DNA of 63,846 nucleotides, the filler included, from Collodictyon triciliatum (taxonomy: Eukaryota), in NCBI GenBank assembly GCA_043381765.1. It is 30 parts of 30 records of this genome, joined end to end, with 100 filler letters (N's around TTAATTAATTAA, not from the genome) between each part and the next. Parts side by side here need not be neighbours in the genome. Positions count along the whole stretch, not along the records: positions 49,329 to 51,366 come from JBHJMP010009664.1; positions 51,467 to 53,505 come from JBHJMP010009665.1; positions 53,606 to 55,644 come from JBHJMP010009666.1; positions 55,745 to 57,783 come from JBHJMP010009667.1; positions 57,884 to 59,920 come from JBHJMP010009668.1; positions 60,021 to 62,059 come from JBHJMP010009669.1; positions 62,160 to 63,846 come from JBHJMP010009699.1; 23 more parts are not named here. One strand, given 5' to 3'. Positions 51,356 through 63,846 of this stretch are shown piece by piece. Numbering within the stretch: the stretch's first letter is position 1; every line of letters begins with the position of its first letter. A program made the translations under genes and the position numbers. The notes beneath the pieces were generated by a model. The model searched no databases, was not told where the DNA came from, and saw nothing but the letters and a program-made list of their open reading frames with translations.

Positions 51356-51826
51356 AATTTTTTTTTNNNNNNNNNNNNNNNNNNNNNNNNNNNNNNNNNN
51401 NNNNNNNNNNTTAATTAATTAANNNNNNNNNNNNNNNNNNNNNNNNNNNNNNNNNNNNNNNNNNNNTTCTTTTTTTTCTTTTTTTCTTTTTTTTTTTAAA
51501 GTGAGCTAATATGTCCGCGGCCCCACATAACCTGACATATTCTTTTGACTGCAAAGGACTTTCACTCTCAAGCAGCAAGCGAAGGACTCAACTTTCACCA
51601 TGGTCTGTTCTGTTTTCTTTTCTTTTTTTTTTATTTGGTTCATTCTCTGTCCTGCATTTTCTGTTCGTTATTCTATTATTATGTCGCGAAAGCACACACA
51701 ACTAGTTTTATTTGCCAACTCGCCGCTTTTTGGGTACTTAAGGGACATTCAGCTTTACTCGTCTTGTTCCGATCCAAACAACTGAGCTGCTGGTGAATAA
51801 CGATGTTTATATTTCACAACGCATAG

Positions 51827-53381
51827 TCTGCCAAACAAGCAAAAGGCTCCGGGAAGATCATACTTGTGACAGGAGGCTGTGGTTTCCTTGGACGCTATAT
51901 TGTCGAGAAGCTTCTTGAGTGAGCCTTTTTCTTTTCTTCTTTTTTTTTTTTTTTGTTTTCTTTTGCTTTGCTACATCTTTTTATCTTTTGATTAGAAAGG
52001 TATATTTCGTGCAATTTAACTAGTTGCACGCCATTTCAGGAAAGGTTTCCAGCCCAGAATCTTTGATCGCATCAAGACTTTTGAGGACGAGAAAGTCCAG
52101 TTCTTCACCGGCGATCTCCAAAAGGTGTCCTCTTGCTCAACTTATTGTGAAACTGGAGCAGTTTTAATGGATATGTTTGAGCCACCCATTGAATTAAATA
52201 TGTTAACTCCTTTCCTTCTGAACCAAAAGGAAACCCCTATCATAGCTTATCCGTAGTTTGCAACACAAATACTAACCGATATTTCAAACAAACAAACTAA
52301 AAGCCCTCTGATGTGGAGGAAGCTTGCAAGGGTGCCGCAGGAGTAATTCACACGGCCTCTCTGACTGAAACATCTGGCGTGAAAGACGCCTTTTATGCAA
52401 TCAATGTTGGAGTAAGTTGTTACGCAAAATACACTAGCCATGTCATCATGCAGAATTACAAACAAAAAAAGAAAAGAAAAGCGAGATATAACGAACCAAC
52501 AGAAGAAAGAAAGAATCAGATCAGGATAAACCCCCTTGCAGTCATGACAAAGTCTAACTTATCCTACCATAGGGAACCAAACACATCATTCAAGCCTGTC
52601 AAAAGCTCAACATTGAGGCTCTTGTCTACACAAGTTCTCCCTCCGTTGGTTAGTTATTTTCATGTGGAATCAAATGTCACATTGAAACCTACATCTTGAT
52701 AAACACACCAAACCGAACAGGTTGAAAAGAAACGGAAATTGATTCGAGAATGAAACATTCTTGGGCTAATCTATTTACCTGTCTTAGTCTTTAATGGGCA
52801 AAACATCGTCAATGGTAACGAAAGCCTGCCAATCCCTGACTATCACCTGGACTACTACTGCGAAACCAAGGTTTTACTCTATCCAAGCAACAGTTTCATT
52901 CTTACGTATTGTTGTGAAATTCGAAAACAAATCTTTATGCCTCCAATCGAATACATGCGCAGGCCATCGCTGAGAAACTCGTTACCAAGGCGAACGGCTC
53001 CTTGTTGTCCAATGGGAAGGCATTTTTCACTTGCTCGCTTCGTCCCCATGCGATGTTTGGTCCTCGGTCTGTTGTTATCACTGTCATTTTATTTATAGGT
53101 TCATTCATCCATTTTTCTTTGCCGTGCGTTTCTTCACCAAAGGCGGATTGTTGCTTATGTGTAACTTGTTTCGCTGCTTGATTTTTTTTATCCAATTCAT
53201 GCTGAATAAATCTATCATATCAATATTTAGCGATAACCACATGATGCCCGGAATACTCAAGAACGCAAAGACTTCATTCTCGAGAGTTTACATCGGCGGA
53301 GGAGAAAATATTGTGGACTTTACGTATGTCGGTAATGCTGCCGATGCGCATGTCCTGGCTCTAGAAAAGCTCCTAGCCAAG
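51827..53381 (+). CDS. NSDHL: Sterol-4-alpha-carboxylate 3-dehydrogenase (NSDHL/ERG26-like 3-beta-HSD), partial
   Basis: ILVTGGCGFLG, VIHTAS, INVG/GTKHIIQAC, LVYTSSPSV, YCETK (YxxxK), SLRPHAMFGP, VDFTYVGNAADAHVLA. Confidence 0.88.
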
Positions 53382-53409
53382 GTTATCTCTGAACATAGAC
53401 TGACTTATT

Positions 53410-53461
<52 letters not shown>

Positions 53462-56400
53462 TTTTTTTTATTTTTTTTTTATATTTTTCTTTTTTTATTT
53501 TTTTTNNNNNNNNNNNNNNNNNNNNNNNNNNNNNNNNNNNNNNNNNNNNTTAATTAATTAANNNNNNNNNNNNNNNNNNNNNNNNNNNNNNNNNNNNNNN
53601 NNNNNATTTTATTTTATTTTATTTTATTTTATTTTATTTTATTTTATTTTATTTTATTTTATTTTATTTTATTTTATTTTATTTTATTTTATTTTATTTT
53701 ATTGTTGCAGCACTTTAATGGTTTAATCGGTTAATTTACCTTAAATTCATGTAATACCAAACAGAGCTTCTGGACCTTTGCAATAAGAGTACTGAACTTC
53801 ATTTTGATCCATTTGAAGTACAGATCAACCGCATTCAAGATCTGTATGGAAGTAATCCATTGCTAACAGGTACATATCTTATTAATCCTTCAAAATTGTT
53901 ATTGAAACTATACAACAGAATCTACATTATCCCTAGGTGATTTCTTCACTACTAGACATTCAAACATAACTGGCGCACATGTAATTTTTCACTTAGTGAT
54001 TAATCCTCGTCAGGGTAATTTTTTTCAAATTCATCCTTTTTTTTAATGCTCTACTTGTTTAATATTGAATATCTAACCCAATTGTTGGTAGTTTTGTTCT
54101 GTAGACTAAACACTGGTATAAATTCAAGTTTATTTTTAGAATTTTTTTTGAGTTTCTCTAATTTTGTAGCGGTATCAACACCTGTTGACGCATTAGTTCA
54201 GTCTGTACTAGCAGGATTTCAAAATATTTTGCATGCTTGTACAAAATGCTTTGTGAACCATTTATCATTTCCCATGGACTTGGTTAGCATCCCCTCATCC
54301 GAACTTCACACCGTTTCATCAGGTTATCATAAAAAGGATTACATATGATGTGTTATAATTTTAGATTTCCAGCGCTCAAAGATATGAAACGACATTTTGG
54401 ATTTTGTAGGTTTGAGCTCGGTAAATCGGTCTCAGAAAATAATGAGACTTGTTAAAGGACATCTGCATGATTCTTGTACGAATCATCGCTCAGGGGGAGA
54501 CATTGGTATTTTAAGCATGAAAGATGAAGATAAGCGCATGTCGATGAACGATAAACATGAAGGAGAAACACAGAAGCCCAGTAAAAGAGTGATTTTAATT
54601 TTACCCACACTACCCTAGTTAATCCACAAAACATCGAGTTTGTCGTTTGTGATAACATGTGGGAGAAGTATCGTCAAAACATGCTTTCTGTGTTCAATTG
54701 TGCATGAAAGGTGATTCCTACCTTTATGCGGCCGTCGCTTTCGTAGGTTTTAAATTCATCTATGCTCCAGTTTTCAAATAGAACATATATACCGCGAGTT
54801 GGCTGGTAATTTGTGTACAAAATCTATCCTCGCTATCATATGCTGCGTTTCCAGGTATTATGTTTTATCTGATCGAATAACAAGCCCTGCAATCACCTCT
54901 ATTGATTGTTATTATTATTGTTATTTTTACAACATATGACACCATTTGGAATCATTACTTGCCGGAATCAGCAAATTCTACGACGAGTCACATAACTAAA
55001 TGGATAAGCCATCTGCCTCCGCTTCGAATGAGCATGCCAAATACTTTTCGACCGAGTAGATAAACACCGATAATAAATAAGTAGCCAAATCCGCTTTTCT
55101 TTTCTTCTTTTTTTCTCTTGCCTGTATGTGCTTACAGGCCCTGTGACAAGTAATAGCAAAATGAAAATCGAATCATGGCTCAATTTTACATCGCTGCATC
55201 AGAGATGTGTAGATTAGAAGAACAATGATTATCACGAATGCTTTTTTTATGATGCCATCGCACTGAATCTCTCGTAACTCGCTTCATCACACGAGCGGCT
55301 TGTGGTGTTGTGTTCAGTGAATTTTGTCGAATATGGAAGCATTCTTTGAATCTAAGGACACATTTGTCCCCGACTTCGCTGGCCAAAGAAAAAGGCCGTG
55401 AGCGATCAAACAGGCTGCAAACTCGATCGGCCGAACTGGCGCTCGCTTCTGGCCTGCTGTGTGGCCGGGGATTTGTTCGCCTTTATTTTAATTTTTATTC
55501 TTTATTGTGTTATTATGTTTACTCTATTTTTACTCTATTTTTACTCTATTTTTACTCTATTTTTACTCTATTTTTACTCTATTTTTACTCTATTTTTACT
55601 CTATTTTTACTCTATTTTTACTCTATTTTTACTCTATTTTTACTNNNNNNNNNNNNNNNNNNNNNNNNNNNNNNNNNNNNNNNNNNNNTTAATTAATTAA
55701 NNNNNNNNNNNNNNNNNNNNNNNNNNNNNNNNNNNNNNNNNNNNGTCAAATACGATATTTCAGAGGGTATTGATCTAATCTCATAACGACTTTTGTTTAA
55801 TTAAGTAAGGTTCGTTAGGCGTGATATCTGTGGATGTATGAACGATATTTGATTGAATTCGAGACAAAAGGTTCTTCAAGCCAGTAAATAAATAGTCTCC
55901 GAGAAGGATGGTAGTCAATTTTTTTGACTTCAAATTGATTTTCGAGTATGTTCGGAGCGCATTGAGAACCGTATGTCTTGTAAAAGTTTTCGTAACTCTT
56001 CGAGATAGACCAGGTCGTCGGACATGGCGATGGTCGAAGACGGCGCACGTTTTGTGAATTATTCTGGGAAAGTGCCACTAAGTATAGGCCTCTAGATAAT
56101 TGTTTCTTAAATGCTTTTTTTTTTTTTTTATTGTTCTTGTGTTTTTGTTTTTCGTTTTTCCGAGATAGAAAAAGGTGACGTTTTTTCAAGCCCAAGCCAA
56201 AATATCGGTTGGTGTAACTCCGAAAAAAAAACGGGATATTCCCGCAAAGGAGATAAAAAATAGTGCGATGGCAAAATTTGTAAATCAGTACAAATCTTGG
56301 TTTATCTCAAGCAAGTGCTTCTGCCTTGATTTATATCTTTCACTTCATCAGCATTTCAAGAGTCAATAGAGGCAGAGCTAACTCAGCCAGATAGTCACTC

Positions 56401-58418
56401 GCGCGATTAGAAAACCATTATCCTTCTGATTTCTCTAAAGCGGAGGAGCATTTGACCAGCTTCGCTTAAAGCCCCCCAAAAACAAACAATTAGAATTTTG
56501 CTGAGTTATCCGCAGGGTGGTTGCACAACTTTATCATCCAAAATGATGAAAAAATAAACTTATACAAGGAAACCTCACAAAACATATGCAGGTGTACTAA
56601 TGTTCTATGAAAAGGAGGCCTCAAGGAAACTACTTCCCCTTTACTTTACATTTGAGTATCTTACAAAAATAGGGTTGATAAAAGATAAAAGAGTTCATAG
56701 CCAACCCAGCTTTATATCTGGTTTGAAGGCACACGAAATATTCATAACTTTACCAGGAGATGAGTTAATACAGGTGTGAATATATTTTAAAAAAAAGTAG
56801 ATGTCTCATTTGGAACTTTACTTTTAAATCAATGAATTATGGCTTTATAAATCTTTTTAAATATTCGAAGATTATTTTTAAACACAGAATTTATAGATTT
56901 AGGAATAATCCACAAGAAGGAGAGAATAGAAATGAACTCAATTTAATTATTTATGTTTCTTCAAAAGAGTATTATAGGATTCATCATATATAATTGAGCA
57001 AACGATTAAATTATTGCTTTTGAGTGACGTTTATTTGGTGATATTATTTCGGTGAGAATATTCAAATCAATCGTGCACAAACACAAATTTATTTGATGTA
57101 TGATTTATCAGTAATGCAGGCCTTATCTTTTAATGACTCATAAAGAAAAAATAATCAAAAAAGCATGTATAGAATGATGGACTCTGATGGGTTGATGTAC
57201 CCACACTAACTACATAGTTGCCCTTTTCCTGAAAATGTAACACATACATAAAATTATCATTAATGGGCAAACAAGAATGTTTAATTCTCTATCTTTTTTA
57301 AAAATAAAAGTATGCACTGGGCGGTCAGCAGAAAACTTTTCTTGCGAGATAGAAAGTCACTATCGGCTCGGCATCCAAGTGCACCGTTTTTTTATTTCTT
57401 TTTTTCAAACTGTGTTTTGAACAATGTTTGAATCAAAGCGAGCTATCTGTTTCACTTAAAAAAAAACTTTTGCTATAGAGGATACCAGCAGATGTATATT
57501 CTTTCAGGTCGGTATATCTGAAAACCATTCCGGCTCAACCACCGCACAAAGTTTTTAAAAAAAACAAATAAATCAGTGTTGCTGGTGAAACACATTCACC
57601 AGATTCTGCCTTGCAATCCAGAATAAAATACACTAATTCAAATACTTTGGATGTAATAAAGGGAAAACGACCCCACGGATTCAAATGAAACGGAAAGATG
57701 TATGTTTGCTTGTGGTATGACGTCAAACGGACTTCCCCCCTCTTGACAGCAAAGAGAAGCGCGGCAGAGACAGACAAAAAAAANNNNNNNNNNNNNNNNN
57801 NNNNNNNNNNNNNNNNNNNNNNNNNNNTTAATTAATTAANNNNNNNNNNNNNNNNNNNNNNNNNNNNNNNNNNNNNNNNNNNNACAGCCATACTATGAAA
57901 CGCCCATCATAAGATAAAAAAGAGCCAACAGATTCCATAAATCGATGAAATAATATCAGACAAAATATCGTTCTTTGAAAACGGTTGTATTTTTGCGCAT
58001 ATGATGATTCATTATTATTATTTTTTTTCCTTTGCCTCATGGAGCGTGAAGTTTTCAGGGATTCTCTTTCTTTGCAAATGAACTGATGGTCTAGTATCTA
58101 AATCTGCATATAAAAAGCCAGAAGTGTGAAAGAATAATTCGAAATATCATATATGAATGCGATGCTCATTTTTTGTCTGAATGTAAGCCAATTCTCTTAA
58201 AATCGGGTCATCCCACGAAAAAGAAAAGATTAAAATTTGAGAATTATTGTATAATAACAAAAAAAAACTTCAAAATAAGTCGTCTAATTTTTCTTAAAAG
58301 ACCCACCGATTTTGTGTTTATACCATGCAAGGACTCCAGTTTTATTGAATTTTGCAGATATGCTGGAGATATCACACATTTTTTTTCCTTCATTCCGAGA
58401 AACTACACCTTTGAGCCT

Positions 58419-59920
58419 TCAATTATCGGGCCAGTCTATTGTGTCCAGGCGATAAGGCGCGAATGCCAGGTAAGCAGCCATTAATATTGTGGCTGTGTAT
58501 TGTAGCAGCACATGTGATTTCATATTATACTTCCATGATTTTGATATCGAAATCTCAACCCCGTAAAGATAGTTTTCGAAAAATAGAATGGATGTTTGGG
58601 TGATTATCTCGAAAGGGAGCTGAATGGAGATACTATAAATCATTTCATCAACACTTGAAAGTGTTTGTAATCTGTAATAATATCGTATCGGATGTAATAA
58701 GAACAGAATCAGTGGAACGGTACTGGTCAACTGAATCTCACTCATTGATAAGTAGTAAAAACGATTCGCTCGATATCTTAATATCCAGTCTGTCCATTCG
58801 TCCTTTTGATTCATCTCGTTCAGCTTATTTCGTAATGCATGCAAATTCCAGACAGAGTTTTTGTCAATAGAGCCGTTTCTATTAGAGGTGCCTTTGTTGC
58901 TTCGACTTTGTATATGCTCTGGTGGTGATATGGCATCTAAATTGTGTATCCTTTTGTTTGTGAAAAAAGCCAGCCAGCTTTGAAAACGAAAATGACCCGC
59001 AATCTTTTTCAGATAAATTGCTCTCGGGATTAATGTTACAGCAAGCAAAACCTCGAAAAGAGCAGATGAAAGAGACATTAGAGCTGTTTCCTTCAAACTA
59101 TTCGATGTATTTATCATTAATCGAAGGATTGATATAGATATAAGTGTTATAATATTCCCAGCAATCATGCGATATTTCATGTGCTCTTTTGATTTTTGCA
59201 TTATGGAATGTTGTGTGAAGGACTCCGAAAACCAAAATAGTGCAGGAAAAACAACAACTCGTCCTAATATCTTATAAAATATACCCAAGCCCATGAAATA
59301 AGGAATCATAAACATGGCTATTGCAAGATAAGGGATTAAAAACATGAAGTAGATTTTGAAAATCATTATCGGAGTTCCGTCAGAACAGAGAATAAGACAT
59401 CGGTCTTGATGTTGATTTGGCTGGTGATTTTGTGCTTCTTTTTTTATCTGAATGTTTTTGAGAAACAGAAACATATAACTCAGAAAAATGACATAGTTTA
59501 AACATTCCTATGATTGGAATTAGGTAGACTGAGCTTATGACAAAAATGAGAACGTTTGTACTAAATATTGGAAGAGCTATTTTATAAACTAGAGCTATGA
59601 CATTCTCCTTCCCAAATATATAAAAAGCTATCAAAATAATTGTTATGTAAAGAATTGATAAGAAAAATATAGTTGTAATCAAAAAATGAATTATCATGCT
59701 TTTGTTACTGATTTCGAAAAACCAAGTTGATCCATATATTATTGTCGCAGTGAGTAAGGGAAAAAAGCTCAAGACCGATGAATGATATAATAGCCATGCA
59801 ATACTGGTAAGTGCATACACTGATGATTTTTTTAAGCCTGGTGCATTTTCGGGTCTTATAAACGATTTTCTTCTCTTCAAATTCTCGGAAGCGTTCCTTA
59901 AGTTCAGTCGTTCCATGTTT
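58419..59920 (-). CDS. Multi-pass membrane protein of unknown family (two overlapping long frames, probably joined by a short intron)
   Basis: ORFs 59380-59916 and 58419-59474 contain many hydrophobic helices. Confidence 0.6.
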
Positions 59921-60020
59921 NNNNNNNNNNNNNNNNNNNNNNNNNNNNNNNNNNNNNNNNNNNNTTAATTAATTAANNNNNNNNNNNNNNNNNNNNNNNN
60001 NNNNNNNNNNNNNNNNNNNN

Positions 60021-60082
<62 letters not shown>

Positions 60083-60719
60083 CTTTTTTTTCTTTTTTTT
60101 CTTTTTTTTTTCTTGTTTCTTTTAGCATTTGCAGTGACTCCCGATGACTAGGACCCAGCAATGTCCGGTCGTATTCCTACCCCTGAGCCCTACCACGAGT
60201 TTGAGCCCCTATTTGGAGAGCTTCCTGGTAAATCAACGGAGTTTAGCTGGTCAGTATTCCATCTTAACGCTCTGCAATGTACACAAACGAGACAGAGAAA
60301 ACCGGAAGAAAACTTGGAATGTAACAGAGCAACTTCGAGACGACGTGAGAATGACTATGGCGCCACCTCATATTAGGATCGAAAAACATCTTCCAAGCGG
60401 GAAAACAGCGACGTATGTGATTTCTGCGATTGCGATTGCGATAGTTGCTGTTGGACTTCGACATCTGCAGCTTGGTGGCAAGTGATTTGCAGCGCAGCCC
60501 ACGAATAAACGAACGAACGAACGGGGCCGCGAAAAGAAGAGTTAAGGAATCCGCTGTCATATTAGACGTATACCTCGGCAAAACAATTCAAGGACTCGCA
60601 TGAGGCGTGCCGGTCCGAAGAAGTGGCAGGAAAGCTGTTGGTGAGAATTGGTGCCATTCGCCGAGGGCCAGCGAGTCTTTCGCTTCCCCGCCAAAAGGGA
60701 AAAAAAAAAAAAACAAGGA

Positions 60720-61613
60720 TTCAACAATTAGTATACGGCATCGTAAGCAGCAGCGAGTTCTTCTGGTATCCAACACTGGTGCAGAAAAACCACGAGTTTC
60801 ACGGAAGTCTAGGAAGATCCGTGCAAGGAAGCTGTCTGCAAGTCTGTCTGAGCAGACGGTATTTTTGAACGGGTCGAGCGAGTCGTTTATAACAAGAACA
60901 AGGCTCGCAGACTCACAGATGCGCTCGCCCCCCTCTTGAAAGCGAACAAACTTTGGGAAGAGCCCATCCAACTGCGCTTACTGGACAGCGAAGACCTTTG
61001 CCTGATCGCCTTTCGCACTGCAGAGAATGCCCGAAAGCTTCTGGAGCTGAAGCAGGAAAGTTTGATAGATATTACGATCGGCTTCAGCAGAAGTAAACCA
61101 ACAGAGACCTTGGTGATGCTCTACCAACTGCCGCTAGACGTGTGGCTGCAAATCGTTCGTGAGGAGCTGAAGCCGTTCAGACCGACCCACGTGGACATAA
61201 AAAGGGACAAAGGTTTATTTACAGACGCGGCTGTGGTGAAGCTTCTTTGTGACAAAAATCAGCTCCCTGCAAAGTTTACGGTCATGGGTAAAAAGTGTCC
61301 GAAGCGCATCCTCAAAGAACGTCCGCCAGCCGCGAACAACGAGCGACAAGTAAAAACCCCGCAAAAGAATATACCTGCCAAGCAGACAGGCAGCAACGGA
61401 TCCAAGGAAGCCAAGGCCAGGCAACAACAGAGTCTACAAGACTCACAGCAGATATGCGCATTCAGCGACAGCGACGATGACATGGAAGGAAATCCCGGTT
61501 CCTCTTCAGCATCTTTGCATCCAAGCACTTCACCGCCAATGTCGGACGAGCCCACACACCGCAAGACACAAGAGCTGCGCATCTCCTCAACTATCGGTCT
61601 CGAATACAGATAG
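60720..61613 (+). mobile_element. Degraded ORF1 (RRM-like/gag-like) of an L1/Tx1-type element
   Basis: Intronless VMLYQLPLDVWLQIVREELKPF...GLFTDAAVVKL...QLPAKFTVMG followed by a disordered tail resembles Tx1/L1 ORF1. The upstream part is interrupted by stops. Confidence 0.5.
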
Positions 61614-62159
61614 CAAGCGCCACAGTGTTCGACGCTCATTTATAGTTTTTTTTTTGTTGGGGAACATGTATCTCTCCTTGCCATCCAAACATGCACTTTC
61701 TTTTAATATCATTTATCCTCAATATTTCCACTTGCGAAGCACAAATAATCCAGGCATCTAAAAAATGATCCTTTTTCTCTTTTTTTTTTTTTAACAATAG
61801 AATGCCGCAAAGCTAAGCAATTAAACAGAAAGTAAAAGAAAACAACCAAATACTATTCTGCATTCTTTTTTCTGTGCTCATGTTGTGCTCAAGATGAAAA
61901 AAATGAAAACAAACGGCCCATATTATAATGTTTGGGTAGTGGATTACTTCTGAAGAAGTAGAAATAGGTTCTTCCTTTCATCAAGTGCTTTACTATCATT
62001 TGTAATCAAAACAAAACCAAACAAAAACAAAAACACAGAAACTGTGAGTTCTTGGCTTCNNNNNNNNNNNNNNNNNNNNNNNNNNNNNNNNNNNNNNNNN
62101 NNNTTAATTAATTAANNNNNNNNNNNNNNNNNNNNNNNNNNNNNNNNNNNNNNNNNNNN

Positions 62160-62336
62160 TGTATCTTTCTATCTTTCTATCTTTGTATCTTTGTATCTTT
62201 GTATCTTTGTATCTTTGTATCTTTGTATCTTTGTATCTTTGTATCTTTGTATCTTTGTATATTTGTATCTTTGTATCTTTGTATCTTTGTATCTTTGTAT
62301 CTTTGTATCTTTGTATCTTTGTATCTTTGTATCTTT
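62160..62336. repeat. (TATCTTTG)n octamer array
   Basis: Directly visible. Confidence 0.95.
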
Positions 62337-62600
62337 TTCTGTTATCATTAATTTAATTTCAGTGATTAAAATATTAAATGAAGATGTAGGAAAAAAATAA
62401 AAAAGGAAAAAAAATGAAGTAAGATGTAATCTTCTATTCGACAATATGTAGGAAAATTAATTGGCTAAAATGATACGAGCATCAGTATTATTCTATTTTA
62501 ACACGCTATAACGTGACGCAGTGTTTTTGATTAACAATCCTCCTAATATCGTGTATGTATTCATATGTTTCAACACACACAAGATTGGATATCAAGACTT

Positions 62601-63735
62601 ACATGTATGGATTTATATGACCCCTCAAATAAGTCGTAGGACCCAAGAATACTTTTAATCTTTTGAAATTCTGCTGTGTTAGGTGTGATTACTAGAACAG
62701 GGAAATATATGCAAGGTTTTTGTTGAAGAAACTCTGAATCCCCAAAAGATATTGCCCCGCTGCCCTCCATACTCATACCAGCTGGAGTACCAGACTAGTC
62801 GTAGTAATAGTAACATATTTTGGCAAGTGATTTCAAGTATCCAATTAGAATAAAAAAATGAAATATATTATTCAGTGAATAATCAAGGCTTTGTAATTTA
62901 AGTCATTCTATCGAGAATGGACATCGGTGTAAATCAGAAAGCCTCGTTTTCATAGCAATTTCAATTATCTCTTTATGTGTAATACAATTACAACTTTTTT
63001 GAATGTAAATCTATATTGGTGGTGTAGATATATTCAAATATTTTTACCATAAATAGGTCATCCATGTTGTTTGATATCACCAATTTGTTATCCAAAATGA
63101 CTGCTTTCCTATATTCAACAAGCTCCCATGCCCATACTTTGATAAATTCATCCATTGAAACTAAGAATCCTTCCAAGCTTGTCGTATCATTCTTTTCTTT
63201 AGTGAGTGCTTCAATAGATTTCATATACGAATTTGCAGACAACTCGTACTCTGGAATTTTCTTTGTTCTGACAGATGACTCATGTAAAACTTGGATTACA
63301 TTATCTGGAAAGGTAAATGAATGTAATACTATCTTGTCATAGGTTGTGTTCATCTCCCTATTAATAGTGGACTTATATACACACTACACATTTAATCACA
63401 AAAGACACAATCCTGAGATGGCTAGATAATATGATTTGTTTCATTTTTTTTTCCATTCTTCATTTTGGTTAGAAGTATGATTAGACGAGCGTGATAAAGG
63501 AATTAGGAATGGTAGCCCGGGTAATGATATTGGAAAGAAACAAAAGTGACATAAGTAGAATGATAGAGTATAATTCACACCTTAACCCTTGAATCGTTAC
63601 TAGAAGGCCAGGTATGCTTGTTGGATTTGTTGCTACTAAGACATAAGCCATGTCAGACTTTTGTCCCACTGCTTTATGAAACTGTCCCTCGGGGCTAAAG
63701 AGTACTTCGGGTGAAACTGGCGATGGCTAGAATCA
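62601..63735 (-). CDS. Glycosyltransferase family 8 (glycogenin-like) protein, partial
   Basis: AYVLVATN...GLLVTIQGLR; EFIKVWAWELVEYRKAVILDNKLVISNNMDDLF; VLVITPN. Compare GT8 consensus FTKLxxWxLxEYxKxVxxDADxLVxxNIDxLF. Confidence 0.75.
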
Positions 63736-63846
63736 TAAAAGAAGGGAACCAATTCATAGATTAAAGGAATTGGGGGGGGGGGGGGGGGGGGAAAAAAAAA
63801 AAAAAATTATATAAAAAAAATTTTTTTTTTTAAAAAAAACAACTTT

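Noticed and set aside
53745-53865. Minus-strand 'ECG-TGA-S' suggesting a selenocysteine CGU motif
   Set aside because: Another frame (ILNAVDLYFK...) is fully open across the same segment, and no SECIS or selenoprotein homology was recognised
55800-56030. Possible tyrosine-recombinase/Crypton-like N-terminus (MSDDLVYLEELRK...SEHTRKS)
   Set aside because: Short and interrupted, with no catalytic motifs visible

Overview
This window is not a continuous locus. It is about 30 unrelated ~2.04-2.05 kb contigs, roughly sorted by length and joined by 29 artificial N44-TTAATTAATTAA-N44 spacers, so adjacency across spacers means nothing. The DNA is eukaryotic: AT-rich, intron-rich, standard genetic code, with most contigs ending in microsatellites. 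IFT122, HADHB and NSDHL point to a flagellated, aerobic, sterol-making protist. Other recognisable gene fragments are DUS2, a Rab24-like GTPase, a Slo/BK-like RCK region, a 4-domain Ca/Na-type channel, an FG-GAP propeller, a KDM5-like JmjN-ARID-PHD protein, a RhoGAP, WDR27, GT77 and GT8 glycosyltransferases, a class III cyclase domain, a Kv channel and tRNA-Ile(AAT). L1/Tx1-type retroelement debris is also present. The most interesting observations are: (1) an intronless Polinton-like-virus/virophage-type major capsid gene, 5'-truncated at a perfect 17-bp hairpin and preceded by tandem repeats; (2) a frameshifted Fanzor1 (eukaryotic TnpB) N-terminal pseudogene that the ORF track misses; (3) a ~262-bp structured dispersed element in two copies ending in oligo-T, possibly SRP/7SL-like or a SINE; (4) a Kv gene with tandem 6TM units; (5) a U12-type minor intron in IFT122. 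All family calls come from manual translation and remembered motifs, not database searches.
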